DNA of 64,000 bases, from assembly GCF_020745735.1 (NCBI RefSeq), contig NC_083432.1, positions 16,640,533 to 16,704,532 on the forward strand. Reading direction: 5' to 3'. The position numbers and the translations under genes are program-made. Of this stretch, positions 62,661 through 64,000 are shown one piece after another. Positions within the stretch are counted from its first letter, which is position 1; every line of letters starts with the position of its first letter. Under the pieces are notes generated by a model. That model was not told where the DNA came from and made no database searches. It saw nothing but the letters and a program-made list of their open reading frames with translations. The stretch comes from Hemiscyllium ocellatum (Eukaryota).

Positions 62661-63517
62661 CCCTATATACAAATCACTCAGGCACAGAACCGGAAGTAAC
62701 AGAGACCAGACAGGAAAGACAACACTTTAAATCAAAGATGCACTGACGAGGTCACCTAGCGAGGCAATAAAACGTTTGCAGAAATTTACAGCAGCTCAGT
62801 GAACAAATCTACAACCTAATACATTCTTTAATATTCACAGAAAATCTTTTCAATGTTGATTGAGTAATAAAGAGGAGAATAAAGCCTGTCTTCTGCGAAA
62901 TTAGGATCTTCAAGCAGAAAGATGGAACCTCGTCTTTAACATCACACCCTACATGCAGCACTTCCTCAGGACTGTGCAGCAGACTTGAGTTTTTGCGCTG
63001 TGTTCTGGAGTCCCAGAACCTTGTAAGCCGAGGCACAAGTGTTACCAAGTCTTAACTCACCAACTTGGATACAGCACTGCTTTGACACGATATAACATTT
63101 ACAGTCCCCTTCCACCCCAAAGATTCGGCCACCTTCTCCTAAGCCACATACTCCAGTAGCAATAAGGCAAAATGAATTCATAGAAGACCATAAGACATGG
63201 GAACAGAACTAGGCCATTCGGCCCATTAAGTCTGCTCCGCCATTCAATTTGATCATGACAGATCTGATAATCCTCAACTCCTCTTTCCTGCCTTAAACCT
63301 TTAAATCTCAAAACCTTTAAAAGCTTACCTCTGAGAGCAGAGGTTTCTGGGAAAGGAGGACCTTTTCTCCCCCTTCAGCTATGAGTGTGTGTTTTCTAAA
63401 CCAGATACGTTATCCTGTAGGGCCTCCCACCCATCCACCTTCTCTAGCCTTAAACGCCAGGGACACATCAGGTAAGCTTCTCTTTTTTTAAACTATCTGA
63501 TCAGGAGGCTAGCAGGG

Positions 63518-64000
63518 ATGGCAGTGCAAGGAGAGGAATGTTCTTTCTGCATGATGTTGGAGGTGAGAGACACCATTAGTATCCCATACAAGTACATCTG
63601 CAGGAAGGGCACCCAACCTTTGCTCCTCCAAGACCACGTTAGGGAACTGGAGCTGGATAAACGTCAGATCATTCGGGAGGCAGAGTCTGTGATAGAGAAG
63701 AGTTACAGGGAAATAATTAATCCTAGGCACGAAGAAAGGTGGGCAACTGTTAGAAGGGGTAAAAAAGACAGTCAGTGCAGGGATCCCCTGTGGTCGCTCC
63801 CCTGAGAAACAAGTATACTGTTTTGGATACAGTTTGGGATGGGGGGCCGGCTTACCATGGGCATGTATTGGGGTGCTGGTCCCTGGCACAGAGGATGTCC
63901 CAATTGCACAGAGGAAGGAGGGAAAAAGGAGAGTGTTAGTTACTGGGGACTCAATAGTTAGAGAGTCAGATAGGTGGTTTGTTGGGAATGAAAGAGACTC
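63518..64000 (+). mobile_element. CR1 LINE ORF1 5' part (zinc finger/coiled coil leading into a GDSL/SGNH-type esterase)
   Basis: MAVQGEECSFCMMLEVRD...YICRK..Q..LLQDHVRELEL; RVLVTGDSIVRESDR at the window end. Confidence 0.8.

Larger units (their letters stand above)
60582..62817. mobile_element. Old fold-back Penelope insertion (family C-like): minus arm to ~61790, plus arm from ~61795, 13-bp TSD
   Basis: LPFLDVLVER, YRKNTQTDQILNY, YIDQTGIKL..RVHEHQLA; TSD AATACATTCTTTA at 60569-60581 and 62818-62830; decayed HHRs near 60660-60692 and 62741-62780. Confidence 0.8.

Overview
Repeat-rich eukaryotic DNA from a cartilaginous fish (shark-type HE1/V-SINEs, CR1, L1/Tx1 and Penelope-like elements; the taxon is inferred from these repeats). 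The only host coding sequence I can support is the large first coding exon of a minus-strand RhoGAP gene, most likely ARHGAP27 (SH3 domain, CDS 31650->30652, clean splice sites). The rest is intron or 5' region filled with decayed retroelements, and almost all other ORFs in the track are spurious or TE fragments. The most striking structure is a dense set of roughly 20 minimal hammerhead-ribozyme (HHR) motifs (CUGANGA-N-stemII-GAAA-palindrome-H) carried by at least 3-4 Penelope-like families. Many insertions are fold-back (inverted pLTR) elements bounded by 8-16 bp target-site duplications (TSDs), with a 3' tail on only one arm. The 5' ends or fold-back centres of the short copies cluster within a few nucleotides of the ribozyme. 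Also present: an internally deleted L1 with both ends and a TSD, solo LTRs, a Tigger4/Zombi-like MITE, a divergent tRNA-Leu copy, a perfect 20-bp minisatellite, a ~160-bp locally templated duplication, and a candidate 22-nt 5'UTR micro-exon.
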